Shown: positions 21,308 to 31,330 of the stretch, piece by piece
Position numbering within the stretch: the first letter of the stretch is position 1
How the letters are laid out: every line of letters starts with the position of its first letter
Source: an uncultured Gemmatimonadales bacterium
Lineage (GTDB): Bacteria > Gemmatimonadota > Gemmatimonadetes > Gemmatimonadales > Gemmatimonadaceae
DNA length: 64,000 bases
Direction: 5' to 3'
Assembly (NCBI GenBank): GCA_963850905.1
Contig: CAWKMU010000004.1
Span: 288,001-352,000, forward strand
Program-made: the position numbers and the translations under genes
Notes under the pieces: model-generated
Seen by the model: the letters and a program-made list of their open reading frames with translations, nothing else
Told to the model about the DNA's origin: nothing
Databases searched by the model: none

Positions 21308-23614
21308 TCAGCGGAGCTTGGCCCGTACCGTGATCGGCGCTGACCCGTTCAACATACCGAAGATGGCGCAATACTCTTTGTTGTTCAGGGTATCGGCCCG
21401 GATCCGCGGTGCCTTCCCCGTGTCCGGCGCAGTTCGCACCTGGACCGGCCGGTCGCAGGTAGCCGGCGGCCTGAGCGCTGCCTTGGCCGCATCCACGGCA
21501 CGACCTGAGATGAGCCACCCAAGGATGTAGGGCACGCTGTCCTTGAGCAGCAGGAATTCGGCCGCGTGAACCGGGTGCCGGCGAGGTTGCGCACAGCCCG
21601 GTGAACACCCGGGGCGATTGGTCGAGGTGTCGATCGGCGCCGTCGCCTGCGCAAGCCGGTCGAGCGACGCGATCTGGTCCGCCGTATGCGCGTCCCGTGC
21701 GTTCAACAGTGAACGGACCGGGCTCAGCGCCTCCGCCAACAGCTCGATCGACGACCGGCCACCCCACTGCACCGCGTTCGACTGCTCGGGAGCCACCGCA
21801 TATCCGATACGAATGACAACGGGCACCGCGTCAGTGTCCCGGCGAACGAGCGCGGCAAGTGCTAGCGCGGTCGCGAGCCCGGAGTTGTCGTAGTAACCGC
21901 CATCGACCAGGCGAAACACCCCGGGTTCGCTATCCGTCCGCGCGCGCGGCGCGATCACCCCCTCCGGCGAGACCACCGGAAAGCGAGCCGATAGAGTCGC
22001 CGCAGTGCTGAGTCGCAGGTCGAGCTGCGGGTCGATGTCGTACGTCGATAGAACCCCCGCTACCCCCGTGTCCCCGAACTCGATCTGGCTCGCGAGCACG
22101 CGCTCACCCGTCTCGACTCGCGTCGTGTTGAGGATGAGCGCGGGCACGGAGTCCGTCGTCTTCCAGCCGAGGAACGCGTCCGACGCGTTTCCCAGGAACG
22201 AGCGCTCGAACAACGGCCCGCGGCTACTGTCACCGGCGCTCTGCTCCAAGCCCCGCGAGAACGCGAGCTCCAACGCACGCGCGCGATCCACCTGCGCCCA
22301 CGGGAACGGCAGGAACCACGCGAGAATGCCGGGATAGAGGCCCTCGGCAAGTGCCGGCGTCAGAAAATCCTGCCCGACGAAGTCGGCCAGTCTGCCCGTC
22401 AGCGGAAGCGAGTCGCTCGGGCTGGGACACGCCACTCCAATGTCGCCGCTGCGATGCCGTCTCGCCATCGCCACATACGCCGCGCTTCCCACACTTCCGC
22501 CAGATACGCCACTGATCGCCAGCGTGTGAATGGGAAACGCCGGACACACATCCGTCAGATATCCCATCACCAACGACGCGGTCATCGCCGCTCTGATCCC
22601 TCCTCCTTCGGCCGCGACGATGAACACGGGATACGCGTGGCCATACCGCGCCCGGTCCGGCCGGTTCGCCATCCAGGACGAGATCGCCTCTGCGACAGGC
22701 ACCGGTCGCGACACGCGCCCCGCCGGTTGCCCGTCGAGGCGACGGACCACGTGATCCTCGTTGAGGTTGAGGGCGGCGAAGACAACCGCCGCGACGATGA
22801 GCCACCGCACGAACGGCTTGTTGTGATGCCGGCTCTGGTAGAGCAGCCACGTGATCGCCGTGATCCACGAGGCGACGGACAACATGACCACGCCGGGCGT
22901 CGTCAACCACGCCAGACAGGCGCCATTTTTCCATACGATCCACGCGCAGAGCACAGCCCACCCCGTCGCGATCGCGCCGAAGGTAAGCCGGCTGGTACGC
23001 GGCAGATCCGACAACAACGGCTGGATCGCGGCCTCCGCATCCGTACGCGGCTCCACTATTCGCCTGGACTCCGGCGATCGCGATCGATACACGTCGAGCC
23101 ACACGCGGCGACCCACGAAGAACAGGTACAACGCGATCGACAGTCCAATGCCGCCTGCGCACAACACGATCGCCGACGCACCGTCGCGCTGACTCGGCAC
23201 CCACGTGATCACCGCATAGCCGGTGGCGATCGCGAGCCCCGGGATCACACCCCAGACGCGGGGGACGACCTTGGCGGCCCCCGTCGGCGTGCCCTGCGTG
23301 CTCGGCTGGTAGACATACAGCGCAACCCGCGCGCAGTACCAGGCGGTAAGGCCCGCAATGCAGGTCGCCACAAAGAGCGACACGCCGGGCCCCCACGGCA
23401 CGCTGCACCGGGGGACGTTCCCGCCCTCGGCGATGACGCGCAACGCCTCGAGCCCCTGCGGGAGCGCGCACAGCGTCACCCCGGCCGCGATCGGGATGAC
23501 CGCGCTCGGCAATGTCAGTCGCACGACCTCCCATACGGGAGCGACCCGCTGTCGTGCGGCATCGAACCGCTGCCCCACGACTCGACGGAGAGCTGAGGCA
23601 TCGCTACCAGTCAT
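21308..23614 (-). CDS. Membrane-anchored patatin-like phospholipase
   Basis: Multi-TM N-terminus; AAEGGGIRAA, SGVSGGSVG, SARFPVVSP, LVDGGYYDNSG. Confidence 0.85.
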   Translation of the reverse strand: MTGSDASALRRVVGQRFDAARQRVAPVWEVVRLTLPSAVIPIAAGVTLCALPQGLEALRVIAEGGNVPRCSVPWGPGVSLFVATCIAGLTAWYCARVALYVYQPSTQGTPTGAAKVVPRVWGVIPGLAIATGYAVITWVPSQRDGASAIVLCAGGIGLSIALYLFFVGRRVWLDVYRSRSPESRRIVEPRTDAEAAIQPLLSDLPRTSRLTFGAIATGWAVLCAWIVWKNGACLAWLTTPGVVMLSVASWITAITWLLYQSRHHNKPFVRWLIVAAVVFAALNLNEDHVVRRLDGQPAGRVSRPVPVAEAISSWMANRPDRARYGHAYPVFIVAAEGGGIRAAMTASLVMGYLTDVCPAFPIHTLAISGVSGGSVGSAAYVAMARRHRSGDIGVACPSPSDSLPLTGRLADFVGQDFLTPALAEGLYPGILAWFLPFPWAQVDRARALELAFSRGLEQSAGDSSRGPLFERSFLGNASDAFLGWKTTDSVPALILNTTRVETGERVLASQIEFGDTGVAGVLSTYDIDPQLDLRLSTAATLSARFPVVSPEGVIAPRARTDSEPGVFRLVDGGYYDNSGLATALALAALVRRDTDAVPVVIRIGYAVAPEQSNAVQWGGRSSIELLAEALSPVRSLLNARDAHTADQIASLDRLAQATAPIDTSTNRPGCSPGCAQPRRHPVHAAEFLLLKDSVPYILGWLISGRAVDAAKAALRPPATCDRPVQVRTAPDTGKAPRIRADTLNNKEYCAIFGMLNGSAPITVRAKLR

Positions 23615-23686
23615 GGCGTCCCTGTGCTCGGTCGTTCACGAAGGTGCCCGCGTCGATCGCGGACCGCCAGAGGCGGCCGCGACCCG

Positions 23687-26314
23687 CTACTGCTGCGCGA
23701 CGAGCGCCTGAAAGCGCGGATTCCCTCGCAGCGGCGCGAAGTTCGGATCAAGGGTGAGCCACGCGGGCGTGAGATAGTACGGCCGCACCAGGAGGGGCGC
23801 GAGGAGATCGAGGGCGCGCGCCTGTTCGCCGAGGATGATGTAGGCGCGCACGGCTTGATGCTGGATGTACGGCCCATCCCAAGCGTGCTGCGACGAGCCT
23901 TGCACCGCAAGCGACTCCTGTTGCATCGCCTCCGCTTTCCGCCCGAGGTAGGCCAGGGCCTGCCCGTAAAACGCGCGCACCTCGCTGGTACCCCCGCCAG
24001 CCCGAATGAACCGCTCGATCGCGGACCGTCCCGTGTCAGCAAAGGCACGCGCACGCGCCCGATCACCTCCCCGCCAGTAGATCTCCGATTGGGTCAGTGC
24101 CCATTGGCCCCGGCCTCCCGGGTAGGCCGACGGCGGAGCCGCGAGCACCAATGCGAGGTCGGCACTGTCCAGCACCCACGAGAGATCGTAGAACGCGGAG
24201 ACGTACACACCGAGAGGTGTCGCTCCCGCATCCTCCCGCGCCGTGCGCAGCACCACCTTGGCCCCGGCGAGGTCGCCAACGGCGAGTGCGCACATTGTCC
24301 GGTAGTCGACCGCCGCCAAGTTCCCCGGCCCCAGTGCGAGCGCGCGATCCGCGGCCGCGCGCGCCTCGGGCAGCCGCCTGAGCCAGAGTAGCGTCGAGCT
24401 GACCGCCCACGCCGCCTGCGAAGAGCGTGGATCCAGATCTGCCGCCATCGTGAGATGTGCGAGCGCGGTATCCCAGTCCCCACGATCGCGTTCCGCGACT
24501 CCCGCGAGCGTCAGCAGCTCCGCGTTCTTCGGCTCCGCGCGCAGTCCCGCCTCGTACTCTGCAAGCGCACGTTCGTTGTCCCGCAGAACGTAGTGCGCGT
24601 AGGCGCCAAGCGCGGCGTGCGTCCCCGGGGCGTTCGGCGCCAGGGCCTGCGCTCGGCGCGCCGCAACCAACGACGCGGAGTCCGCGGCGCGCGACATCCC
24701 GGTGTAGTACCCGACCGCCCACGCCTTCGAGAGCGCCGCCCACGCGAGCGCGAACCCGGGATCCAGCTCGACCGCCCGCTGGTACAGCGCGATCGCCCGC
24801 TCGAGCGACGGACGGTCCACGTCGGTCCGCTCCTGGATGGCCTGCGCGCCAAGGTACGCCGTATAGGCAACGAGATTACGCGTCGGTCGATTGGTAATCT
24901 CAGTCCGGAGTGCTGGGTTCAGAGCCACACCCAGCGCATCGGCAACTCTCGTCGCAATGTCCGACTGCACGGCGAAGACGTCGGTCAGCGGCGCGTCGAA
25001 CGGGTGCCCCCACTTCTCCGACGCCGTCGTGGCGTAGACGAGCTCTGGGCGCACCTGCACGCGGCTGCCGGCCGCGGCCTTGTCCCACCGCACCGTCGCC
25101 GTCAGCAGGTACTGCGCACCGAGCTCGCGACCGATCACGGTCGGGGATTTCGGACTTCGCCGGTACTGCTCGGAGCTCGCGCGTGCGATGACCTCGAGTC
25201 CCGGAAGCTCCGCGAGTTTGTCACGCACCGCATCGGTGACACCGTCGGCGAAATAGGCATCGCTCGAATCACCGAGGTTCTCGAACGGGAGCACCGCGAC
25301 ACGGACGCCGCTCGGGGGCGCCTGCGGTCGCTGACGCCCTCGCCAAAGGAACAGACCCACCGCCCCCAGCAGGACCACCGCGGCCACCGCCGCCGCAGCG
25401 CGCAGCGGTCGGCGCTTGGCCCCCACGACGAGCCCGCCGGTGCGTTCAGCGCCGCCCGTGACCGGCTCTGGCTCGAGCGCCGCGGCAAATGCCGCCGCAC
25501 TCGGGAACCGATCGGCGGGCACCGGCGCAAGCGCTCGACGGATTGCGTCATCGATTCCCGCCGGCACAGCCGGTCGCACCTGCCGCACCGAAGGCGCCAG
25601 ACTGGTCATCATCTTCGCGATCGTTGCCTGAGCGGTCACTCCCATGAACGGGGGCTCGCCGGCAAGCATCTCGTAGGTGATTGCCCCCAGGCTGTACACG
25701 TCCGTCGCGGGCCCAAGCACTCGCTCGCCGCTCGCCTGCTCAGGACTCATGTACGACGGCGTGCCGACGATGACGCCAGTCTTGGTGATCGAGTCGAGGC
25801 GCGCTCCCTCTTCAGTGCCATCTGCATCCAGCGCTCGTGCCACGCCGAAGTCGGCCACCATGGCGTGCCCGCCGCTCAGCAGAATGTTTTCAGGCTTGAT
25901 GTCTCGGTGCACGACGTCATGCTCGTGTGCATACTGCAGCGCCCCGGCCACCTCACGGGCAAGTCGCAGAGCCTCCTCGAGCGGCAGCTGGTGCTCCCGC
26001 CGGAGCCGGGCGCGCAACGTCTCACCCTGGACATAGGGCATGGTAAACCACGGCTGCCCCGACCGGGTGACGCCGGAGTCGTGCACGGTCAGGATGTGCG
26101 GGTGCTGCAGCCGTGCGCTGAGCAGGATCTCGCGCCGGAAGCGCTCCCCGCTCCCCGGCGCGCCAGCCAAGTCGAGCACCTTGACGGCGACCAGTCGCTC
26201 ATGCTTCGCGTCGCGAGCCAGATAGACGGTCGCCATCCCCCCGCGACCGAGCTCGCGCTCGAGGATGTAGCGTGGTGCGAGATCGGCCTGCAAATCGCCG
26301 GGGAGATCTACCAT
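23687..26314 (-). CDS. Ser/Thr protein kinase with TolB-like and TPR domains
   Basis: ELGRGGMATV, HRDIKPEN, ADFG, TM helix, VAVLPFENLG...YFADG, LDPNFAPLRGNPRF. Confidence 0.93.
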   Translation of the reverse strand: MVDLPGDLQADLAPRYILERELGRGGMATVYLARDAKHERLVAVKVLDLAGAPGSGERFRREILLSARLQHPHILTVHDSGVTRSGQPWFTMPYVQGETLRARLRREHQLPLEEALRLAREVAGALQYAHEHDVVHRDIKPENILLSGGHAMVADFGVARALDADGTEEGARLDSITKTGVIVGTPSYMSPEQASGERVLGPATDVYSLGAITYEMLAGEPPFMGVTAQATIAKMMTSLAPSVRQVRPAVPAGIDDAIRRALAPVPADRFPSAAAFAAALEPEPVTGGAERTGGLVVGAKRRPLRAAAAVAAVVLLGAVGLFLWRGRQRPQAPPSGVRVAVLPFENLGDSSDAYFADGVTDAVRDKLAELPGLEVIARASSEQYRRSPKSPTVIGRELGAQYLLTATVRWDKAAAGSRVQVRPELVYATTASEKWGHPFDAPLTDVFAVQSDIATRVADALGVALNPALRTEITNRPTRNLVAYTAYLGAQAIQERTDVDRPSLERAIALYQRAVELDPGFALAWAALSKAWAVGYYTGMSRAADSASLVAARRAQALAPNAPGTHAALGAYAHYVLRDNERALAEYEAGLRAEPKNAELLTLAGVAERDRGDWDTALAHLTMAADLDPRSSQAAWAVSSTLLWLRRLPEARAAADRALALGPGNLAAVDYRTMCALAVGDLAGAKVVLRTAREDAGATPLGVYVSAFYDLSWVLDSADLALVLAAPPSAYPGGRGQWALTQSEIYWRGGDRARARAFADTGRSAIERFIRAGGGTSEVRAFYGQALAYLGRKAEAMQQESLAVQGSSQHAWDGPYIQHQAVRAYIILGEQARALDLLAPLLVRPYYLTPAWLTLDPNFAPLRGNPRFQALVAQQ

Positions 26315-26447
26315 CGGACACTCGGCAAGTGACGATGCACTTCGTCGTGGTGCCCAAGATAACGACGCCACCTGGGGGGCGCCCGATGGCGCGCCCGCGT
26401 CACTCGCTGCGTCGCGTCGTGCGCGTAGGACAGTGGTATCGGCGAAG

Positions 26448-26810
26448 CTACTTCTTGGCTGCGGCGTACGCACCGGCACCCATCAGGTGCAGCGATACGT
26501 ATGGCTCGTTGCCGACCACCCAGCTGTCGTGGCCCGGAGCAATGTAAAAGATGTCGCCGGCTGCCATCTCGACCATGGTCCCATCATCCATCGCCGCAAC
26601 GGCTCGCCCCGACACGACGAGTCCAACATGCTCGACATCGCAGCTTTTCTTGCCAAGCGCTGCGCCGACGTCGGTGGACCACTTCCAGCCTGGCTGATAC
26701 GTCGCTCGGCCGATCGTCATGCCGCCAATGTGTACGACCTCGAAGCGTCCCTTAGGGAAGCTCCGAGTCTCGTCGGGATGTTCGAACTGTTTGATGATGA
26801 CGTCGTCCAC
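26448..26810 (-). CDS. Cupin domain protein
   Basis: YQPGWKWS...CDVEHVG...PGHDSWVVGNEP. Confidence 0.85.
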   Translation of the reverse strand: MDDVIIKQFEHPDETRSFPKGRFEVVHIGGMTIGRATYQPGWKWSTDVGAALGKKSCDVEHVGLVVSGRAVAAMDDGTMVEMAAGDIFYIAPGHDSWVVGNEPYVSLHLMGAGAYAAAKK

Positions 26811-26831
26811 AAGTCCTCCGTCCCTGTTTCT

Positions 26832-27482
26832 TCACCCCGCCTTTCGAAAAGTCAAGTTGATGCGGTGCGGCCCGACCAGCGGATGATCGCCGTCGGCGAG
26901 TGGTGCGATCCCGTGAAATCGCAGGCGGTCCGGGCCTCCCCACACCACGACATCGCCATGCCGAAGCGGAATGCGAGCTTGTTTCTCGCTCCGCTTCATG
27001 CCGCCGAACAGGAAGACAGCTGTCAACCCGAGCGAAACGGAGACGATCGGATGGCCGAAGTCCTGTTCGTCGCGATCCTGGTGGAGTGACAACTTGGCGC
27101 CCGGATCGTACCGATTGACGAGACAAGCGTCGGGCATGAACCCAGAAAACTCCGCTGCGCGCGCCGCGTCAGTCGCCAGCCGCGCAAACACGTCTGGCAG
27201 TGGCGGCCATGGACGCCCCGTCTCGGGATCGGTGGGATCGTACCGGTAACCAGCGCGATCCGTCACCCAACCGACAGTCCCACAGTTCGTCATCGCGACC
27301 GACATCCGAAAAGCGCCCGGCGTGACCATGTGCCGAAAGGGCGCCGCCGTGGCAACGTTTCGCACTGCCTGTAATAGCAGACCTTCCTCGCGTAGCGCGA
27401 ATCCGCGGAGCAAGAGCGAGCCCGGCCCCAGCCGTTCGTTCTTGCCGACGTTGACGGACTCATCGAAAAGCGGGAGGGTCAT
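26832..27482 (-). CDS. alkB: DNA oxidative demethylase AlkB
   Basis: PFRHMVTPG, MSVAMTNCG, PDACLVNRY, LHQD, FHGI, RINLTFR. Confidence 0.95.
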   Translation of the reverse strand: MTLPLFDESVNVGKNERLGPGSLLLRGFALREEGLLLQAVRNVATAAPFRHMVTPGAFRMSVAMTNCGTVGWVTDRAGYRYDPTDPETGRPWPPLPDVFARLATDAARAAEFSGFMPDACLVNRYDPGAKLSLHQDRDEQDFGHPIVSVSLGLTAVFLFGGMKRSEKQARIPLRHGDVVVWGGPDRLRFHGIAPLADGDHPLVGPHRINLTFRKAG

Positions 27483-27503
27483 GAAGCCAGCCCTGCCAAT
27501 CCC

Positions 27504-28253
27504 TCAGGCCGCATCATGAAAGATGATGCCGACGGTGTGCCGGTGCCCAGAACGTATGCGACTGACACCGTGGCGGAGTTCGACGCGGTAGGCGCCTCGA
27601 GTCCCCTGGACCGGCCGGTGGTGTACGGCGAACGCGACGGCATCGCCCTGACGGAGCGGGACCACTTCCACGCGCGACTGCATCCTGGGACGCTGTTCGG
27701 TCAACGCGAACTCCCCACCCGTAAAGTCCCGCCCGGGCTCCGACAGCAGGATGGCGACCTGCAGCGGGAACACGTGCTCGCCGTACAGGTCCTGATGCAG
27801 GCAGTTGTAGTCGTCGGCGGCGTATTGCAGCAGGAGCGGCGTCGGCTTCGTCTGGCCCGCCGCGTGGCAGCGCTCGATGTATCGGGTATGGGAGCCGGGA
27901 TATTGGACGTCGATCTGCAGCGCGCGATTCCAGCGATTGGCGACCTCCGCCAGATGCGGGTACAACGCGGTACGCAGGTCCGAAATGATGCGGGGTAGCG
28001 GGTACTTGAAGTACTGATATTCGCCGCGTCCAAATCCGTGCCGCGCCATGATGACCTTGCTGCGGAAATAGCGGTCCTCGCTGTAGCTGGCCGCCAATGC
28101 CTCGCATTCGTCGGGCGTGAGCAGGCGCTCGAGAACGGCATTCCCCCGAGCATCGAGTTCGTCGGAAGCACGCTGCCAGTCGATCGCGCGAATGCGCGCG
28201 CTCTCGCCGAGCGTCGAGTCGGATGCGGCTGTCTGTGCTGTAGCCAGCGTCAT
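27504..28253 (-). CDS. 2OG-Fe(II) oxygenase (DUF2086-type)
   Basis: MARHGFGRGEY, CLHQDLYGE, EQRPRMQSR, RHGVS, GIIFHDA. Confidence 0.88.
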   Translation of the reverse strand: MTLATAQTAASDSTLGESARIRAIDWQRASDELDARGNAVLERLLTPDECEALAASYSEDRYFRSKVIMARHGFGRGEYQYFKYPLPRIISDLRTALYPHLAEVANRWNRALQIDVQYPGSHTRYIERCHAAGQTKPTPLLLQYAADDYNCLHQDLYGEHVFPLQVAILLSEPGRDFTGGEFALTEQRPRMQSRVEVVPLRQGDAVAFAVHHRPVQGTRGAYRVELRHGVSRIRSGHRHTVGIIFHDAA

Positions 28254-28468
28254 ACCGCGTCTCCTCGGGCAGTCTGAATCTGACCGCAGTCTAGGGGACG
28301 ACACACCTCCGTGCACCTCGGTTTATGTCGTGAAAGTCGGCCAGCGCCCTGTGACTGCGGCTTCGCCAGACCGTGACATGGCTGGGGCTATTCCGTTTGT
28401 GCTGCGGTCCCAAAGGTGCGTTACGGTTCCTCCAATATCCCGACAACCTGCCGCCCCAGGAGGATCCC

Positions 28469-28651
28469 ATGGAACGAGAATCTGAGACGCCGATCCGACG
28501 CGAGCCCGCCGAGGACATGGAAGACATGCGTGATGAGGAACAGCGCGGGGAGCAGCAAGCTGACGGGGCGATGGAGGACGACGAGATCGTCGAGGATGAC
28601 GACGACGCCCCGTTCGAGTCGCCCGAGCGGGAAGCGCGGTTGATGGACTAG
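28469..28651 (+). CDS. Small highly acidic hypothetical protein
   Basis: SD AGGAGG; 60 aa, very D/E-rich. Confidence 0.6.
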   Translation: MERESETPIRREPAEDMEDMRDEEQRGEQQADGAMEDDEIVEDDDDAPFESPEREARLMD

Positions 28652-28759
28652 CTGGAAACGCGAGCCGCACCCGGACGCCCGGCGAATACTCAGCCGCCCC
28701 TAGTCGCTCGGCCACCCCGCTCCGCGACAAACGGCAGCTCGATCACGTCGCTCGGCCCG

Positions 28760-28847
28760 ATAGGCTCGACCTATGGGTTGGTTCTTTAACGTCTAGCGCC
28801 CGACATCTGGCGTCCAACGTCTAGCGTCCAACGACCAACGTCTAGCC
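28760..28847. repeat. Partial copy of the (YAACGTC)n heptamer element
   Basis: gggttggttctttaacgtctagcg...ccaacgtctagcgtccaacgaccaacgtctagcc. Confidence 0.7.
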
Positions 28848-29391
28848 TTACCCGCACGCGATCCGCACGCTGAGGCGGCGCGCGTTGAAGGGAATACTGG
28901 CCTGAAAGGTACTCACCGAGTCCCCGGCGCTCGCTTCCTGCAGCGTGAGATCAGCAGTGCCGCGCACACGATCTCGAGTCACGGCATCGAACGAGACGCG
29001 CGCGAAGTCCAACCGCTCACAGCTACGGTCCTTCTTGCAGTAGGAAGCGAGCCCGCCACTGGCGGCCTGTCGTAGCAGAAACGTGTGGCCGGCGAGCGTC
29101 GACCACCCGCGCCAAATTGGAGATGGTGACGTACGGTGGCTTGACCCCCTCCCCCATCGCGATTCGCGCGGCTCGCCCACCAAAGAACAGCGTCACGGCC
29201 GGCCCATCATTCGGTGCACACGCCTCCTGGAAATAGCTGGAGTCGAGTGCGAGTGAATCGGGGCCAGCGTGCGCCCGTTGTAGGGCGTACGCCTGCGGTG
29301 GGCGGGGCGTGGCCATGCCGCACAGCATGACGCCACAAGCCAGGGCGCCGGCCCACGCCACACGGCGGTATAGCCTGGTCGGGTTCCGCAT
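28848..29391 (-). CDS. Hypothetical secreted protein; frameshift near 29115
   Basis: Signal-like N-terminus; CAPNDGPAV...YVTIS joins IWRGWSTL...VRIACG*. Confidence 0.55.
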
Positions 29392-29530
29392 ATGTACATA
29401 GACGACCGACCCTGCCTCGATTGCACGGGAGCCGGGGACGGGATCCGGGACGCCAGCTTCCCGCTGCCAGTTCAACCTTCCGCTACCCCGCACTATCCAA
29501 CGATAGGGAGGGGCATGGACGCTGGTTTCC

Positions 29531-29848
29531 ATGGGAGGGAGTTGCGTGCCAGTCGGTTTGTTCAGCGGCGTGCCGCGCACCCTGGTCCTGCTATTCGCAT
29601 GGACCGTACCTGGCGTTGCCCACACACCACCCCGCGCGGTCATCCGCACCCGCATGTTCTACCTGCCCGACAGCGCGCATCGGAAAGAGCTCATGATCAT
29701 CTACGTGAAGGCTCTCACGAGCGGAGACCTGAAGGGACGGGCGTTGCCGGCGGAGTCGCCCGGTGTCGACTGGCCGGATCTGTCCCGCGAGGTTGTCGAA
29801 GAGGCACAGCGGGACGTACGCATCCAGACACCTGGCGGCCACGACTGA
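29531..29848 (+). CDS. Hypothetical protein, possibly a truncated remnant
   Basis: C-terminal half looks protein-like (RMFYLPDSAHRKELMIIYV); start uncertain. Confidence 0.35.
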   Translation: MGGSCVPVGLFSGVPRTLVLLFAWTVPGVAHTPPRAVIRTRMFYLPDSAHRKELMIIYVKALTSGDLKGRALPAESPGVDWPDLSREVVEEAQRDVRIQTPGGHD

Positions 29849-29935
29849 GGCGCATTATAGAGGCTGCATGTCCGGGTCGCTCTGGCACCAACGGAGCGCG
29901 ATCGGGTTTGGTGGAACCTCGGCCGGAGTTATTGA

Positions 29936-31255
29936 ATGCGCCTCTCGATTCGGAGCATTGCGCCCCGCACCCTCGTGGCCATGTCGCTGCTCGTGCGTCT
30001 CGTTTCTGCGCAAGCAGCGCCCGAAAAAACGGGCCACAGCCATAACATGCACGAGGTCTCCCACCTCGAGCTCGGACCGTTCATGACTGTCGGAGGGATC
30101 GCGATCGAGCAGGAACTCAGCCGACCGTACGTCTACGTCGACCGCTGGCACGACCAGGATGGGTTCGACGTGTTGGACATCAGGGACCCGGCAGCGCCCA
30201 AAGTGATCGCGCGATGGCGCATCGAGCACCCCGAACGACATCGCCTCTCGCGCGGCGAGACGGGGAAGTACTTCAAGACGCGCGGTCGGTACTACTACAT
30301 CAAAGCGACCGAGTTCGAGAGCGGGACCCTGGACTCCGACCTCGGGGCGATCGTCGTCGACGTCACCGATCCGAGCGCACCCAAGGAAGTGGGCCGTATT
30401 CGCTCGCCGGAGTTCATGGACGGATTCGTGAATGTCTTTCCGTACCGGCATTCTGATGGCCGGATGCTGGTCTTCGCCGCCGTGCGCACCTTCCCCGATA
30501 CAATGGCGCCGCACGCCAACGTGTACGACATGGACCGATTCCTCGCCGGCGACCCCAAGCAGGGGCTCATCGGTATTGTTCCGATGCCCAACGCGGAGCA
30601 TGGTGTCGGTCGTGGCTACCACAATGTGCACGTCGAGCGCGACGCCGCGTCGGGACAGGACCGCTTCTACGGCGCCGGCAACGGCGGCTTCTACCTGTTC
30701 AACGTGACACACCCCGAAACGCCAACGCTGATCACGAGCATTCCCAATCCCAATGGCGTTCCCGCGGCGCGGGCGCACACGATCGTGCCGACGCCGGACG
30801 GCCGCTACGTCGTCACGCAGATGGAGGTGCAGTTCTCGCCGCTCATGATCTTCGACCTCGACTCCGTGCTCCGCAGACCCGGCGCGGAACCCGTCACCGT
30901 GCCAGTCGGCGTGTGGACGGCCGATTGGCACGACCTCCCGCACAACCATCAGGTCCGGTGGCCGTACGTCGTCGACGCGGCGTACGAAGATGGACTCCAG
31001 ATCCTGGACATCCGCGATCCGACGCATCCCAAGACCGCCGGGTGGGCGTACACCTGCGGGTGTCAGCACATGACCGGGTACGTCGACGAACAGCACATCC
31101 ACGGACCCAGCGTTTTCAGCGGCGCCATGGAGGCCGACGTCCGCAACGCCGATGGCCTCATCGTGGTGAGCGACTTGAACACCGGCTTCTGGGCCTTCCG
31201 CATGGACGGCTTCGGCCCCTTCAAGAGCGGCGGTCAACCCCCACCCAAGACGTAA
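29936..31255 (+). CDS. LVIVD repeat secreted protein
   Basis: Repeats such as FDVLDIRDPAAPK, IVVDVTDPSAPKEVG and LQILDIRDPTHPK; signal peptide. Confidence 0.85.
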   Translation: MRLSIRSIAPRTLVAMSLLVRLVSAQAAPEKTGHSHNMHEVSHLELGPFMTVGGIAIEQELSRPYVYVDRWHDQDGFDVLDIRDPAAPKVIARWRIEHPERHRLSRGETGKYFKTRGRYYYIKATEFESGTLDSDLGAIVVDVTDPSAPKEVGRIRSPEFMDGFVNVFPYRHSDGRMLVFAAVRTFPDTMAPHANVYDMDRFLAGDPKQGLIGIVPMPNAEHGVGRGYHNVHVERDAASGQDRFYGAGNGGFYLFNVTHPETPTLITSIPNPNGVPAARAHTIVPTPDGRYVVTQMEVQFSPLMIFDLDSVLRRPGAEPVTVPVGVWTADWHDLPHNHQVRWPYVVDAAYEDGLQILDIRDPTHPKTAGWAYTCGCQHMTGYVDEQHIHGPSVFSGAMEADVRNADGLIVVSDLNTGFWAFRMDGFGPFKSGGQPPPKT

Positions 31256-31287
31256 GCCTGGACCGTCTACGCGCTGTCGTTGTAGTC

Positions 31288-31325
31288 CCCTGACCCCTGA
31301 CCCCTGATCCCTGGCCCCTAATCCC
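31288..31325. repeat. (CCCCTGA)n heptamer array
   Basis: ccctgacccctgacccctgatccctggcccctaatccc between convergent genes. Confidence 0.7.
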
Positions 31326-31330
31326 GCCGG

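Noticed and set aside
24455..26332. Long antisense ORFs (also 13937-14584, 32733-34406, 38927-40312, 46439-48106 and others)
   Set aside because: Shadow frames of well-supported genes in GC-rich DNA; Arg-rich with no recognisable motifs.
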